The notes beneath the pieces were generated by a model. It made no database searches. It saw only the letters and a program-made list of their open reading frames with translations, and had not been told where the DNA came from. Below are positions 30,011-39,934 of a stretch of 64,000 nucleotides of DNA, piece by piece. This DNA comes from an uncultured bacterium (GTDB lineage: Bacteria > Patescibacteriota > Saccharimonadia > UBA4664): contig CAVRET010000002.1 of assembly GCA_963720265.1 (NCBI GenBank), positions 71,602 through 135,601 on the forward strand, written 5' to 3'. A program made the translations under genes and the position numbers. How positions within the stretch are numbered: the first letter of the stretch is position 1; every line of letters begins with the position of its first letter.

Positions 30011-30808
30011 GTGATGACTACACAAGCCTTACCTACAACTGCGTATGTTAAGCGTCGTGCCTATGAACTAAGCGAGCGTGATCTTGCAATTCTCCAAACG
30101 TTAGCAAAAGTGAGGTTAGCGACCACTCGACAGTTACAGAGGTTACATGTTTATGAAGGCACTCCAATTGGTAACGCTCGAGTAACCGCTAGAGTCCTTA
30201 AACGGTTAGCAGATAACCAGATCCTCATTCGATTGCCCCGACAGGTTGGTGGTATAAGGGCGGGATCAGCGAGCATAGTGTTCACATTGGCTCGTCCTGC
30301 CATAGCATTACTCAACCCAGAATCGACCACGATAAGGACGCCATCCATTCCCGGCGACCAATACGTTGGTCACGCCCTGGCCGTCACTGAGCTGTATGCG
30401 AACTTAAAAGAAATCGAACGCGCTGGTCTGCTAACTGTAGTCCTATTTAAAGTTGAGCCGCGGCGGTCCGTCTCGATGTATATGAGCCGTAAACTACTGC
30501 GCCCAGACGCTTATGCCAAGATTCACATTGGCCAATACTCATACTCCTGGTTCATTGAAATGGATTTAGCAACTGAGCGTCGGCCGCAATTGAGACAAAA
30601 AATAGATAGCTACCTCAGGTACTGGGGTAACGGTAAGGAGCAGGCTCGCAACAGAGTATTCCCGAAAGTCCTTTTCTTAGTCCCCGACAGTAATCGCAAG
30701 ACGCTACTTGAAGAACTCATTATGCATGTACCTAGCTATGCGAGAGAACTGTTTCAAGTTGAACTGATTCAAGACTCACAAAACACTTTGAGTAAAGAGC
30801 ACGACTAA
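30011..30808 (+). CDS. replication-relaxation (Replic_Relax)-like protein
   Basis: N-terminal wHTH (LSERDLAILQTLAKVRLATTRQLQRL), a length of about 265 aa, and a position next to a recombinase. Family assignment is inference. Confidence 0.5.
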   Translation: MMTTQALPTTAYVKRRAYELSERDLAILQTLAKVRLATTRQLQRLHVYEGTPIGNARVTARVLKRLADNQILIRLPRQVGGIRAGSASIVFTLARPAIALLNPESTTIRTPSIPGDQYVGHALAVTELYANLKEIERAGLLTVVLFKVEPRRSVSMYMSRKLLRPDAYAKIHIGQYSYSWFIEMDLATERRPQLRQKIDSYLRYWGNGKEQARNRVFPKVLFLVPDSNRKTLLEELIMHVPSYARELFQVELIQDSQNTLSKEHD

Positions 30809-30896
30809 GCAAGCAGAACCGCATCGTGAAAGCTCCTTGCTTCCAGTTCCTGATCTGGTATCCTCTCTGATCCAATAACCAGGAGCAACCAAGCCT

Positions 30897-32714
30897 ATGA
30901 AGCAAGCCGTTATTTACGTTCGAGTCAGCACACTCGGCCAAGCTAAGCGAGACCGCGACCCTGAGGGCTACTCTATCCCCGCTCAGCGCGAAGCTTGTAC
31001 CCGAAAAGCCGAAAGCTTAGAAGCTACCGTTATCGCCGAATACGTAGATGCCGGTGAATCTGCCCGCTCTGCTGACCGTACGGAGCTACAACGTATGTTG
31101 AACTTTTTGCAACAGAATAGGTCTGTTGACTACGTAATCGTCCATAAAGTCGACCGTTTAGCCCGTAATCGTGAGGACGACGTTAATATCAACCTCGCCA
31201 TTCGCAAAGGTGGAGCCAAGCTTGTCTCATGTACTGAAAACATCGATGAAACCCCCTCCGGTCGTCTAGTCCATGGCATCATGGCTACCATCGCCGACTT
31301 CTATTCCTCCAATCTGGCCGCCGAAGTCGCCAAAGGCATGACCCAAAAAGCCAAGACCGGCGGCACAGTCACGCGCGCTCCACTCGGTTACACTAACCGT
31401 CACGAGCTTACCGATGGGCATGACATTCGCTGGGTGGATATCGATGAGAGCCGCGCCGATCTCGTCCGACTGGCTTTCAAGCTGTATGCCACCGGCGACT
31501 ACTCGCTAGTTGCCCTCGCAGAGATCTTAACTAAGAAGGGCTTACTATCGCGTGCGACCAAGCGCCACTCTGAACACGCTCTCACCAAAACCACGCTGGC
31601 GCAAATGTTAGCCAACCCGTATTACACCGGCATCACCACCTACCAAGGCGTTGAGTACCCCGGCAAGCACCCGGCGCTTATCGATCCTGGCCTCTTCGGG
31701 CAGGTTCAAGACGTACTAAAGGCCCGCTTAATTGGCGAAAAACAACGGGTGCACATGCATTACCTCAAGGGCACAATCTTCTGTGGCCGCTGCGGCTCAC
31801 GGCTGTGCGTGACTTACCAGAAACAACAATACTTGTACTACTTCTGTCTCGGTCGCTCCAAGAACAACGGTTGCACTCTACCTTACCTAAATGCCGACGA
31901 CATCGAAACCCAAATCACGCGCTATTACTCCCTGATTAAGCTAAGTAAAGCTGAAGGTGAGCATGTCCGCTCAGAAGTCCACACCTACATCAAAGAAAAC
32001 CAGGCCGACTTTACTACTGAGGCCAAGCGGCAACGGCTGCTGCTTGAACAGCTTGAAGCCGAGCATGCGAAATTGCTCCAAGCCTACTACGCCGGTTTTA
32101 TGCCACTCGATACCTTCGGTGCCGAGCAAAGCCGCATAGCAACCGCCAAACAACACGCCACTGAAACACTCGCCACAGCCGAGCAAGGATTTGACGACGT
32201 GGCTGGTAAATTAGACCAGGCCTTACATCTAATGCAAAACTGGAGTGAAGTGTATGAGGAAGCTCCCAAACGGCTCAGGCGCAAGCTGAACCAAGCCTTC
32301 TTTGAGGCTATCTATGTTCAAGAATCCGATGATCTCGTTACAACAAATGGGTCGCAACTGACCGAGCCATTCGCGGGCATTATGACGATCTCTGGCAGGC
32401 CTCGTGCCGCAATAACCAAAATGACTGCTCAGGTACGAAAAAACCAACCTGTTCGGTCGGTCCCTTCGAACATACCTGTTTTTTATACAGAAGGTTCCAA
32501 AGCGGAACCTCTGGTCGGGGTGAGAGGACTTGAACCTCCGACCTCAGCGACCCGAACGCTGCGCGCTTCCAACTGCGCCACACCCCGAAGGCCTCTGAAC
32601 CAAATAATAATAACCTTAAATTGCGAAGTTTGCCAGTCTAAGACCGCCCAAACCAGAACGGACGTGGCACTCTCACCTCATCGCCAGCGGGTCGGGCGCG
32701 TCTGGTTGAAGTGA
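30897..32714 (+). CDS. large serine recombinase (resolvase/invertase N-domain, recombinase domain, zinc ribbon)
   Basis: It starts MKQAVIYVRVSTLGQ with the catalytic Ser. It has the DRLARN motif, a recombinase domain and a CGRCGSRLCV...FCLG zinc ribbon. The last ~70 codons of the ORF run antisense through tRNA-Pro, so the true C-terminus is uncertain. Confidence 0.85.
   Translation: MKQAVIYVRVSTLGQAKRDRDPEGYSIPAQREACTRKAESLEATVIAEYVDAGESARSADRTELQRMLNFLQQNRSVDYVIVHKVDRLARNREDDVNINLAIRKGGAKLVSCTENIDETPSGRLVHGIMATIADFYSSNLAAEVAKGMTQKAKTGGTVTRAPLGYTNRHELTDGHDIRWVDIDESRADLVRLAFKLYATGDYSLVALAEILTKKGLLSRATKRHSEHALTKTTLAQMLANPYYTGITTYQGVEYPGKHPALIDPGLFGQVQDVLKARLIGEKQRVHMHYLKGTIFCGRCGSRLCVTYQKQQYLYYFCLGRSKNNGCTLPYLNADDIETQITRYYSLIKLSKAEGEHVRSEVHTYIKENQADFTTEAKRQRLLLEQLEAEHAKLLQAYYAGFMPLDTFGAEQSRIATAKQHATETLATAEQGFDDVAGKLDQALHLMQNWSEVYEEAPKRLRRKLNQAFFEAIYVQESDDLVTTNGSQLTEPFAGIMTISGRPRAAITKMTAQVRKNQPVRSVPSNIPVFYTEGSKAEPLVGVRGLEPPTSATRTLRASNCATPRRPLNQIIITLNCEVCQSKTAQTRTDVALSPHRQRVGRVWLK
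32512..32587 (-). tRNA. tRNA-Pro (anticodon CGG)
   Basis: Manual cloverleaf: acceptor CGGGGTG/CACCCCG, U8, D-stem GCGC/GCGC, anticodon stem CAGCG/CGCTG with loop TTCGGGT, T-arm GGAGG-TTCAAGT-CCTCT, discriminator A, and an encoded CCA. Length is 76 nt. Confidence 0.85.
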
Positions 32715-33120
32715 ATTTACGCTCAATAACTCCCGGCCAGTTCTCTTTCAGCCAACGCTTCTGCTGCAGATACAATTCGAGCAGCCCGCGCTCGGCAAAC
32801 TCACGTCGCATCACCCCGCCCGCGTGGGGATGTCGTTGCGCCTGCTCCAGGGGTGAGTTAAACCCGTGGGCGTAGTGCGTCAGCTCATGAAAGACCGTTG
32901 CTTCAACCACATATTCTGGGATGTCTGGATCCTTAAAAAGTGAATTAACTACGATGAGACTCGTCTTGCCGTCATCCGGGTCTAGACTAATCGAACCTAA
33001 CCTACGCTTGGCACGCCGGCCAAACACGATTCGTACATCGTTTGCCTGGGGCACATCCTGAAAGTAGTTGTCCCAAATCTTATCGAGCATCTCTTGCAGC
33101 CAAGCTTCATCGCGCTTCAC
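32638..33120 (-). CDS. SprT-like/DUF45-type HExxH zinc metallopeptidase-like protein
   Basis: The only motif is VFHELTHYAHGF (HExxH). It overlaps the helicase stop by 4 nt, which suggests an operon. Confidence 0.5.
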   Translation of the reverse strand: MKRDEAWLQEMLDKIWDNYFQDVPQANDVRIVFGRRAKRRLGSISLDPDDGKTSLIVVNSLFKDPDIPEYVVEATVFHELTHYAHGFNSPLEQAQRHPHAGGVMRREFAERGLLELYLQQKRWLKENWPGVIERKFTSTRRARPAGDEVRVPRPFWFGRS

Positions 33121-36026
33121 GGCTCGGTCTCCGATGTCAAAGCCAGCTCAAGCAGCTCATCACGCTCGCCGGTCCCATAAAACTGAATTGCAGCGCAACG
33201 ATGCAGTGGCGACGGATTGGGCGCAAACTCACGCGCCCGAATACTATCTGCCAATTTGACCAGTTTTTCGCGATGATGCTTCATGATCGTGTCGGTTAAT
33301 ACCGCCGTTCCCTCAATACCTGTTACCACATAATCTAGCACAACCTGAGCCGGTGGCGTGCCTTTCAGCGACTCATACGCGAGCGCATACGTTCTAAGCT
33401 GTAAGTCGTCCTTGGCCTTCTTGGACAATTTCTCCACGTCCGTCTTGGTGCGCCCGGTCTTAAAATCCCGTAACTCCACACCATCCGCAAGCTGAAATAT
33501 CGCGTCGATTTTTCCCCGCAGTCGCAGCCTTGCCTCCGCCACCTCAAGTCGTATTGGCACCTCGCTGCCAATAAGCACGCGCTGCGTGTGTGCTTCTCGC
33601 TCGATAAAACGGCCCAACGTTTCGCGCGCCAGGCGATGGTCAGCATCAGCGTCCTCACGGCGTTCGTAGCCTCGGTCGCTCCACAGCTCTTCCAGCCAGT
33701 CCCCGGGTTCTTGCGGCGCGAGCCTCTGTCCAGTCAGCCGAGCCTTATAATAGCGCTCGAATACCTTATGTAACGCATTCCCAAAGGTGATCTGCGGGCC
33801 AATCGGTTGTTTTATTTGCAACACATGCGCCAAATAAAACTCGAACGGGCAATACTCATACGATGCCAAACCCGTCGCACTGATATCCAAGGTTCCGTCA
33901 GCCGCCTCAAACGGTAATCTAGCGGATTGATCTGACTGCTGTTGCAAAGGATAATACTTTTGCAGTGTCTTAATAACATCTCCAAGGTGATCTCCCGCCA
34001 CACTCGGGGTAGCATCGGTCTGTTCTGTCCGCTCATCACCAAACAACTCGCCTACCAGCCGGCTAACCCGTTGACGCCCACCACCGGCTGAGCCGCCAAC
34101 GGCCGCACTCACGAACAGCTGACGCTTGGCCCGTGTTACCCCCACATACAGCAGGCGCCGAAACTCGTGCTCGGCCGGCAGTATGTCGTGGGGCTGGAGC
34201 GCTTCCGGAAGATCACGAATTGCATGATGGGCCTTTGACCATGCCCGCTGAGTACAACCAATCAAATAAACAGTGCCAAACTCAAGCCCCTTGGCAGCAT
34301 GGACCGTAAGCAGCTGCACCCCGGCCGCGTCGCCAATCGGTTCGGCCACTTCCACAGTCGGCGGCTTCGGAAAGGTTGCCACATACTCAGAAAGCTTCGG
34401 CTCGATCGCTACGCTTTCAAAATCTTGCATTTGGTCAAGCCAGCGCTGCAGATCTTCAAACACTCTCACCATTCTGGGACTTACCGCGGCCTGCCGCTGC
34501 CATGACTCAGCCAGGCCAGTTTCGAATACGAGCCGATATAGCAATTGACTAACCGGTAGCTCCACCGCCCACTCACGCCACAGGCCCAACTGGGAAGTTA
34601 GCGCCCGAGCATCTTCACCCGCATCAGTCGCCAAAGCCTCCTCGATGCCGATAAGTGCCTCCTGACTGGCTGTCACAACTGCCTGCACTCGATCCGCCGG
34701 CCACCCGAGGACAGGTCCCATCATGATATGGCTCATCGCCGCATCGTCAGTTTGCCATAACAGCCATCGCAGCAAGAACCACAGCCCAATCAATTCCGGC
34801 TGCTCAAAAATATTCACCCGGGTCGACAAGGCAAATGGTAGCCCGCGCTGACGCAAGAGCCTGCCCAGCGCGGCCAAGGGTGCGTGTTGAGCCGACAGCA
34901 CGGCAATTTGGTCTGAAGGTACACCCATTTGCAACTGCTCGTATATATGAGAGGCCACACGCTCAAGTTCCTCGTAGCTGTTGGAGTACGCGCTAAAGTC
35001 AATCGTAGCCTCATCATTGTTCGCGATTAAACGTTTATTAAGTCCAAGCTTAGATTCAAGTCGTTCCGGATTATTGTTCACTACCATTCGGTAGGCCGCA
35101 TCAAGAATCTGCTGACCGGAACGATAATTGTGTACTAGTGTAATCGGTTGGCTAATTGAGAAATGTTGTGAAAAATTCAATATATTTCGAATATCCGCAC
35201 CTCGAAAACCGTAAATTGCTTGGTCATCGTCACCAACTGCAAACAAATTCCCCGTCGGCGAAACCAGTTTGCGCAGGAGCTGATCCTGCACGGGGTTCGT
35301 ATCCTGATACTCGTCTACCAAAACGTAGGCATACTCATGCTGCAGCTGCTCAGCCACGTTCGGCCGCTGCCGCATGATCTCAAGCGGCACCCCGAGCTGG
35401 TCGTTGTAGTCATATGTTCCAGTCTCTACTTTGAGCTCCTCATAAAGCCGATATAGCCGTGCGAGGTCAGCCTGCTCAACCACTGCCTGAGGGTGTAAGT
35501 CACCTGGTTCCGCCTCAAGCTCGGCCAGATAGTGAGCATAATCAGCTACACTCACACCGGCATTTTGGAGCTGTCCAATATAGGCAACGATCCCCTCGAG
35601 AAACTCAAACATATCCTGTTGCGGGCCAAAATACTTCAGGTCTACCCGATCAATGTGTTGCTTCATGAGCAACGCTTTTTGCGTGTCGTTGAGGAGTCCG
35701 CCTGAAATCGAACGCCCGATGTGACTCGCAAACCTGCCTAATAATTCCGCGCCAAAAGCATTAAACGTCATCACCGGAACCTGAAAAGACTCCCAGCCTA
35801 TGAGCTCATAAAGCCGCTCCTCCATCTCTCGAGCCGCCTTTTCTGTAAATGTCAGGGCCAGGATTTGACCCGGCCGGGCGCGCCCGGATCGAATCAGGTA
35901 AGCAATTCGATGAGTAATAACCCGGGTTTTACCGGTACCGGCGCCTGCTACGACCAGCAGCGGTCCGGTACCGTGCTCGGCAGCCGCTCGCTGCTCGTCA
36001 TTGAGTCCGGCCAGAATATCGTCCAT
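33117..36026 (-). CDS. UvrD/AddA-like SF1 helicase with C-terminal PD-(D/E)xK (RecB-like) nuclease domain
   Basis: The start is LNDEQRAAAEHGTGPLLVVAGAGTGKT (Walker A) and helicase motifs I-VI are present. A C-terminal RecB-family nuclease region follows (YEYCPFEFY..., DAIFQL..., RDFKTG). Confidence 0.8.
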   Translation of the reverse strand: MDDILAGLNDEQRAAAEHGTGPLLVVAGAGTGKTRVITHRIAYLIRSGRARPGQILALTFTEKAAREMEERLYELIGWESFQVPVMTFNAFGAELLGRFASHIGRSISGGLLNDTQKALLMKQHIDRVDLKYFGPQQDMFEFLEGIVAYIGQLQNAGVSVADYAHYLAELEAEPGDLHPQAVVEQADLARLYRLYEELKVETGTYDYNDQLGVPLEIMRQRPNVAEQLQHEYAYVLVDEYQDTNPVQDQLLRKLVSPTGNLFAVGDDDQAIYGFRGADIRNILNFSQHFSISQPITLVHNYRSGQQILDAAYRMVVNNNPERLESKLGLNKRLIANNDEATIDFSAYSNSYEELERVASHIYEQLQMGVPSDQIAVLSAQHAPLAALGRLLRQRGLPFALSTRVNIFEQPELIGLWFLLRWLLWQTDDAAMSHIMMGPVLGWPADRVQAVVTASQEALIGIEEALATDAGEDARALTSQLGLWREWAVELPVSQLLYRLVFETGLAESWQRQAAVSPRMVRVFEDLQRWLDQMQDFESVAIEPKLSEYVATFPKPPTVEVAEPIGDAAGVQLLTVHAAKGLEFGTVYLIGCTQRAWSKAHHAIRDLPEALQPHDILPAEHEFRRLLYVGVTRAKRQLFVSAAVGGSAGGGRQRVSRLVGELFGDERTEQTDATPSVAGDHLGDVIKTLQKYYPLQQQSDQSARLPFEAADGTLDISATGLASYEYCPFEFYLAHVLQIKQPIGPQITFGNALHKVFERYYKARLTGQRLAPQEPGDWLEELWSDRGYERREDADADHRLARETLGRFIEREAHTQRVLIGSEVPIRLEVAEARLRLRGKIDAIFQLADGVELRDFKTGRTKTDVEKLSKKAKDDLQLRTYALAYESLKGTPPAQVVLDYVVTGIEGTAVLTDTIMKHHREKLVKLADSIRAREFAPNPSPLHRCAAIQFYGTGERDELLELALTSETEP

Positions 36027-36098
36027 ACTTCTATCTTATCAGGTGAGTCGAATCGCATATGTGAAGAAAATGCTATAATTAAGCATAAGAGGTGCGAT

Positions 36099-38147
36099 GT
36101 GGCTGAAGTGATTACCCAGACAGCTAGGCTTACCCCGTACGCCAAACGTCCAAAGCAGGCTTCCGGATTTGTCACCGCCTATTATTATGAGCCGATGGCC
36201 ACGGATCCTGGATTTGACCGCGGCAATCTTTATGCTGTCATTGAAGTACTGGTCACCGGACGTGCCAGCGAGGATGTTGCGAACCTCATCATCGATACCA
36301 TTGGCGACTACTATTACAATCAACCTGATACTGCCCACGCCGATGCCTCATCCCGTTTCGAAGGTGCGATTCGTGCGGTTAACCATGAGCTCGGAGCCCA
36401 CGTCAACCGAGGTAACGCTGCTTGGATTGGCAAGCTCAGCGCCGTTGTCGCAGTTGAAGTCGACGGTGAACTCCATGTTGCTCAAAGCGGATCCGGCGAA
36501 GCCTTTTTATACCGTGGTAGTTCACACACCCGCATTACCACCACACCAACCAACCGCCCTGCCTCACCCACAAAAACCTTTGGCTCCATTGCCAGCGGAC
36601 AACTCGAGATCGGCGACCGCATCTTGCTTGCCACGCCGGCGCTCATCCACCAGATTCCACTCGAGCGCCTGCAGAGCATTATTGGCGGCGCCAATCCTAA
36701 TACCGTGATTGCCGAATTTCATGACCTGCTTGACGGCACCAGTGCAGACCGTATTGCTGCGCTCGTCGTTGAGATCACCACACCTGAGCTCGCAGCCCTC
36801 AGGGTCAGGTCTGAACAGCCGAGTGAAATCCACTTAGCCCCGGCAGAAAGCCCACTTGTGGTTGCTAAACACGTCGCCGCCCCCCTCGCCCACAATACCG
36901 CCGACTCAACGAAAAAAATTGCCGGAAAACTGCATATAGGATGGAAAAGCCTTCGTCCACGCCTCAGAGCGGCCGGGCTTGCGGTAGCCGAGCGCATCCG
37001 TAATTTGCTTGGCAGTCGTCGCGGCCGAATCGGCTTGTTGGCAGGAGTAGTCGTGCTTGTGACGCTTATTGGGCTGGCGATTTGGCACCAGGCCGACACC
37101 GGTTCAGACACCGCGCTTCTTAACTCCTACCAAGCAGCCTATTCCGAATACACTCATGCCCAGCAACAACTAAGTGCAGGCGAAAAGCCGGCCGCGCAGG
37201 AATCACTCAACTCTGCCCAGCAGCAATTGGCCGAGCTCACAGCCAAACAGGCAGTGCTCAACCGTGAGCTCGCCAAGGCCAAGCAGCTATCGCCAGGCGA
37301 GCCACGAACATTATCCGCTCTAAAAGTTCTCATTGCTGCTTCACTGAATCAAATTGCCGGCCTTGTTGAAGTAAACGCTACAACAGTCGCATCTCTACCA
37401 AGCACCAACGCCCAAGCCAAACAATTCGAAATTTACCATGGCGAAGCCTACATATTTGACGCAAGCAACGACAACAAACTGACAATCGTAAATCTATCAA
37501 CCGGCGCTCTCGTCGCTTCAAATGCCAAAACGAGTCAGCTCGGTGTAGTAGTAGATACAGCGATATCTGCCAGCGATACTGGGATTTACATCCTCACGGC
37601 CCAGCCGTCCGTCTGGTTCTATAGCTTCGCGACCGACGACATCACAAGTGTAGGCACGTCCGCGAACAACTGGCCATCCGCTGAAGCCATCGGTTCATTC
37701 GGCACCAACCTCTATCTACTCGTAAACGGCTCCGTCATTAAGTACACCAAAACCGGCGATACCTATTCAAGCGGCAAGCCTGAAGTTGTGCCGACCAACA
37801 GCACACCGTCCACCAGCCTCGCTGTTGACGGCTCAATTTACATTGCCACGACAACCAGCCTAAATCGTTATTTCGGCGGCACGCTCTCGGGTGCGGCAGC
37901 TCTGCCAACCGGCATCACAAAGCTGGTTCATCTGCGCTCGACCGACAACACCACTCTCATCATCGGCACCGATTCGCCGGCCGGACGCATCGCGCTTTGG
38001 TCTGACACTGGCAACTCGCCGGCATTCAAGGAACAGATCAGCCTGAACCACGTCGCGACTATTTACGGCGCAAACTATGATCAGACAACCGACCTTATGT
38101 ATGCCACAAGCGGTGGCACACTCCTCAGTTTCCCTTACAGTCAGTAA
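36099..38147 (+). CDS. membrane protein with cytoplasmic PP2C-like phosphatase domain, one TM and a large extracytoplasmic domain
   Basis: A GTG start is preferred (AGAGG RBS with 6-nt spacer, TATAAT at 36074-36079). The ORF-track start at 35865 overlaps the helicase. PP2C-like motifs include LSAVVAVEVDGELHVAQSGSGEAFLY and GDRILLATPAL. A TM helix IGLLAGVVVLVTLIGLAIW is followed by a coiled coil and a beta-rich C-terminus. Confidence 0.5.
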   Translation: MAEVITQTARLTPYAKRPKQASGFVTAYYYEPMATDPGFDRGNLYAVIEVLVTGRASEDVANLIIDTIGDYYYNQPDTAHADASSRFEGAIRAVNHELGAHVNRGNAAWIGKLSAVVAVEVDGELHVAQSGSGEAFLYRGSSHTRITTTPTNRPASPTKTFGSIASGQLEIGDRILLATPALIHQIPLERLQSIIGGANPNTVIAEFHDLLDGTSADRIAALVVEITTPELAALRVRSEQPSEIHLAPAESPLVVAKHVAAPLAHNTADSTKKIAGKLHIGWKSLRPRLRAAGLAVAERIRNLLGSRRGRIGLLAGVVVLVTLIGLAIWHQADTGSDTALLNSYQAAYSEYTHAQQQLSAGEKPAAQESLNSAQQQLAELTAKQAVLNRELAKAKQLSPGEPRTLSALKVLIAASLNQIAGLVEVNATTVASLPSTNAQAKQFEIYHGEAYIFDASNDNKLTIVNLSTGALVASNAKTSQLGVVVDTAISASDTGIYILTAQPSVWFYSFATDDITSVGTSANNWPSAEAIGSFGTNLYLLVNGSVIKYTKTGDTYSSGKPEVVPTNSTPSTSLAVDGSIYIATTTSLNRYFGGTLSGAAALPTGITKLVHLRSTDNTTLIIGTDSPAGRIALWSDTGNSPAFKEQISLNHVATIYGANYDQTTDLMYATSGGTLLSFPYSQ

Positions 38148-38168
38148 CAAAGCAGCCCTAAGTCGCAG

Positions 38169-39911
38169 CTACAGCCGCTCAGGCGCCGCAATCGACAGCA
38201 AACGCAAGCCGCTTACTAACACGTCGGCATACGCGCGAACGAGCCCTAGCCTTACATCTTCACGCTTATCGCCGACCACCCGATTCTGCTCGTAAAAACG
38301 ATTGAACGCTTGTGCCAATTCATAGAGGTATGTGCAAACGTAGTGCGGCATAAGCTCATCGACCGCTTGTTGTACGACACTGGGATATTGCGCGATCATC
38401 CGGGCGAGCGATCGTTCCATTGGCTCAAATCCAGTGCCCAGCCAGTCAGCTGTGTGGTCTGCCCCGCTGTCCGCTTTCGCCAAAATGCTTCTCGCCCTGG
38501 CATGGGCGTACTGCAAATACGGCCCGCTATTGCCCTCAAGCGAAATCGACTCTTTGGGGACATATGTCACATCGCCGCCGATGCGCGTTTTCAAAAAGGC
38601 ATACTTGACCGCGCCGAGCACCGACTCGTCAGTCGCCTCTCGACCGGCGTCCTTAAACGCAGCCGCGGTCATGTCGAGCACTTCAGTCGCGCGAATAATG
38701 TTGCCTTCCCTGCTGCTCATGCGCTCACCTCCGCCAAGCTTCAGCTTGCCGTGAGGTATATGCGTGGTAGCACGAGCCAGTTTTGGCCAAAATTGCTCAA
38801 TCGCCTTCAGCACCACTTGCATGTATTGCATCTGCTCGTAGTCAGTCAAAATTACCGAACGATCAAAGTGATAGTCTTCATTCTTCTTCTCAATGAGACC
38901 AACATCTTTGGTCTCATACGTCGGCAACCCCTGTCTGGTAATAAACACCCGCGTGTGCAGGCCATACTTCTCACCGCGGAATACTACGGCTCCGTCCGAC
39001 TCATCAAAGACCGTACCGATATGCTTCTTGACCTCGGCCAGACCGGGCCCTGCCACCTCGCTTTCCGGATAATATTTCTCCAACCTGGTACCGAATCTGG
39101 CATAAAAGGCGTCAAACGCCTCGTAACTCCATCGGCGACAGGTCCAATAAATCTGCGCCACCGGTGAAGTGTGGTCGCGGGTTGCGTGAATTTCATACAC
39201 ACGTTTATTAAGTGCCACGATTTCGGCCTTCGCCTTGTCGTCTTTCTGATAGGCCCGCTCACCCTCAACGTACCGCGCCGCCAACCATTGCGCCCGCTGT
39301 GACGGTTCGATTTCAGCCAATCCGTCCGGCTGCTCACCACCCAGTGCCTGCACAATCGCCCACATGGTTTTACCCACATGCAATCCCACATCGCCGCCGA
39401 AATTCACCCGATGCACATCGCCGCCGGCCAGCTCCATCAAATTCGCCACTGCATCACCCACAACTGTCGTATATACATGTCCGGCATGTAAAACTTTAAA
39501 CGGATTAGCATCGGAATACTCTGCCACCACTACTTGGCCGGCATAATTTACCGGGCGAAACTCAGCTGCACTAGCCGTGAGTTCAGCCAGCGCCTCATCA
39601 CGCAGTGTCATATTAATGAATCCCGGCCCGGCTACCTCAATTCGCTCAAGCTGTGGTACGCGCCGCTTGAGCTCACTGGCCAAGTCGGCCGCCAGTTCGC
39701 GCGGCACCCGCCCCGCATCCTTCGCGTAAATCATGGCAGCATTCGTGGCGAAGTCACCAAAACCAACCTCGCCGGCCCAACTCACATCTAGCCGCTGACG
39801 ATCAAGCTGATCAGAGCCGATTACCTCAGCCGTGGCTTCCAAAATGCTACGTTTTAGTTCTTGTAAGGTCATGTCCGCCCGATTATACCAATCCAAACCG
39901 GGTAAAACCAC
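38169..39911 (-). CDS. argS: arginine--tRNA ligase
   Basis: Class I motifs are LHAGHV and MSSREGN (a KMSK variant), with a DALR-type C-terminus. The likely true start is the ATG at about 39872, immediately downstream of TGGTATAAT. Confidence 0.9.
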   Translation of the reverse strand: MVLPGLDWYNRADMTLQELKRSILEATAEVIGSDQLDRQRLDVSWAGEVGFGDFATNAAMIYAKDAGRVPRELAADLASELKRRVPQLERIEVAGPGFINMTLRDEALAELTASAAEFRPVNYAGQVVVAEYSDANPFKVLHAGHVYTTVVGDAVANLMELAGGDVHRVNFGGDVGLHVGKTMWAIVQALGGEQPDGLAEIEPSQRAQWLAARYVEGERAYQKDDKAKAEIVALNKRVYEIHATRDHTSPVAQIYWTCRRWSYEAFDAFYARFGTRLEKYYPESEVAGPGLAEVKKHIGTVFDESDGAVVFRGEKYGLHTRVFITRQGLPTYETKDVGLIEKKNEDYHFDRSVILTDYEQMQYMQVVLKAIEQFWPKLARATTHIPHGKLKLGGGERMSSREGNIIRATEVLDMTAAAFKDAGREATDESVLGAVKYAFLKTRIGGDVTYVPKESISLEGNSGPYLQYAHARARSILAKADSGADHTADWLGTGFEPMERSLARMIAQYPSVVQQAVDELMPHYVCTYLYELAQAFNRFYEQNRVVGDKREDVRLGLVRAYADVLVSGLRLLSIAAPERL

Positions 39912-39934
39912 TCTCGGCCAGCTATAATAGCGCC

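Noticed and set aside
35865-36098. The 5' extension of the PP2C-like ORF (annotated start 35865)
   Set aside because: It overlaps the convergent helicase by 160 nt. A promoter, RBS and GTG start at 36099 explain the gene without overlap.
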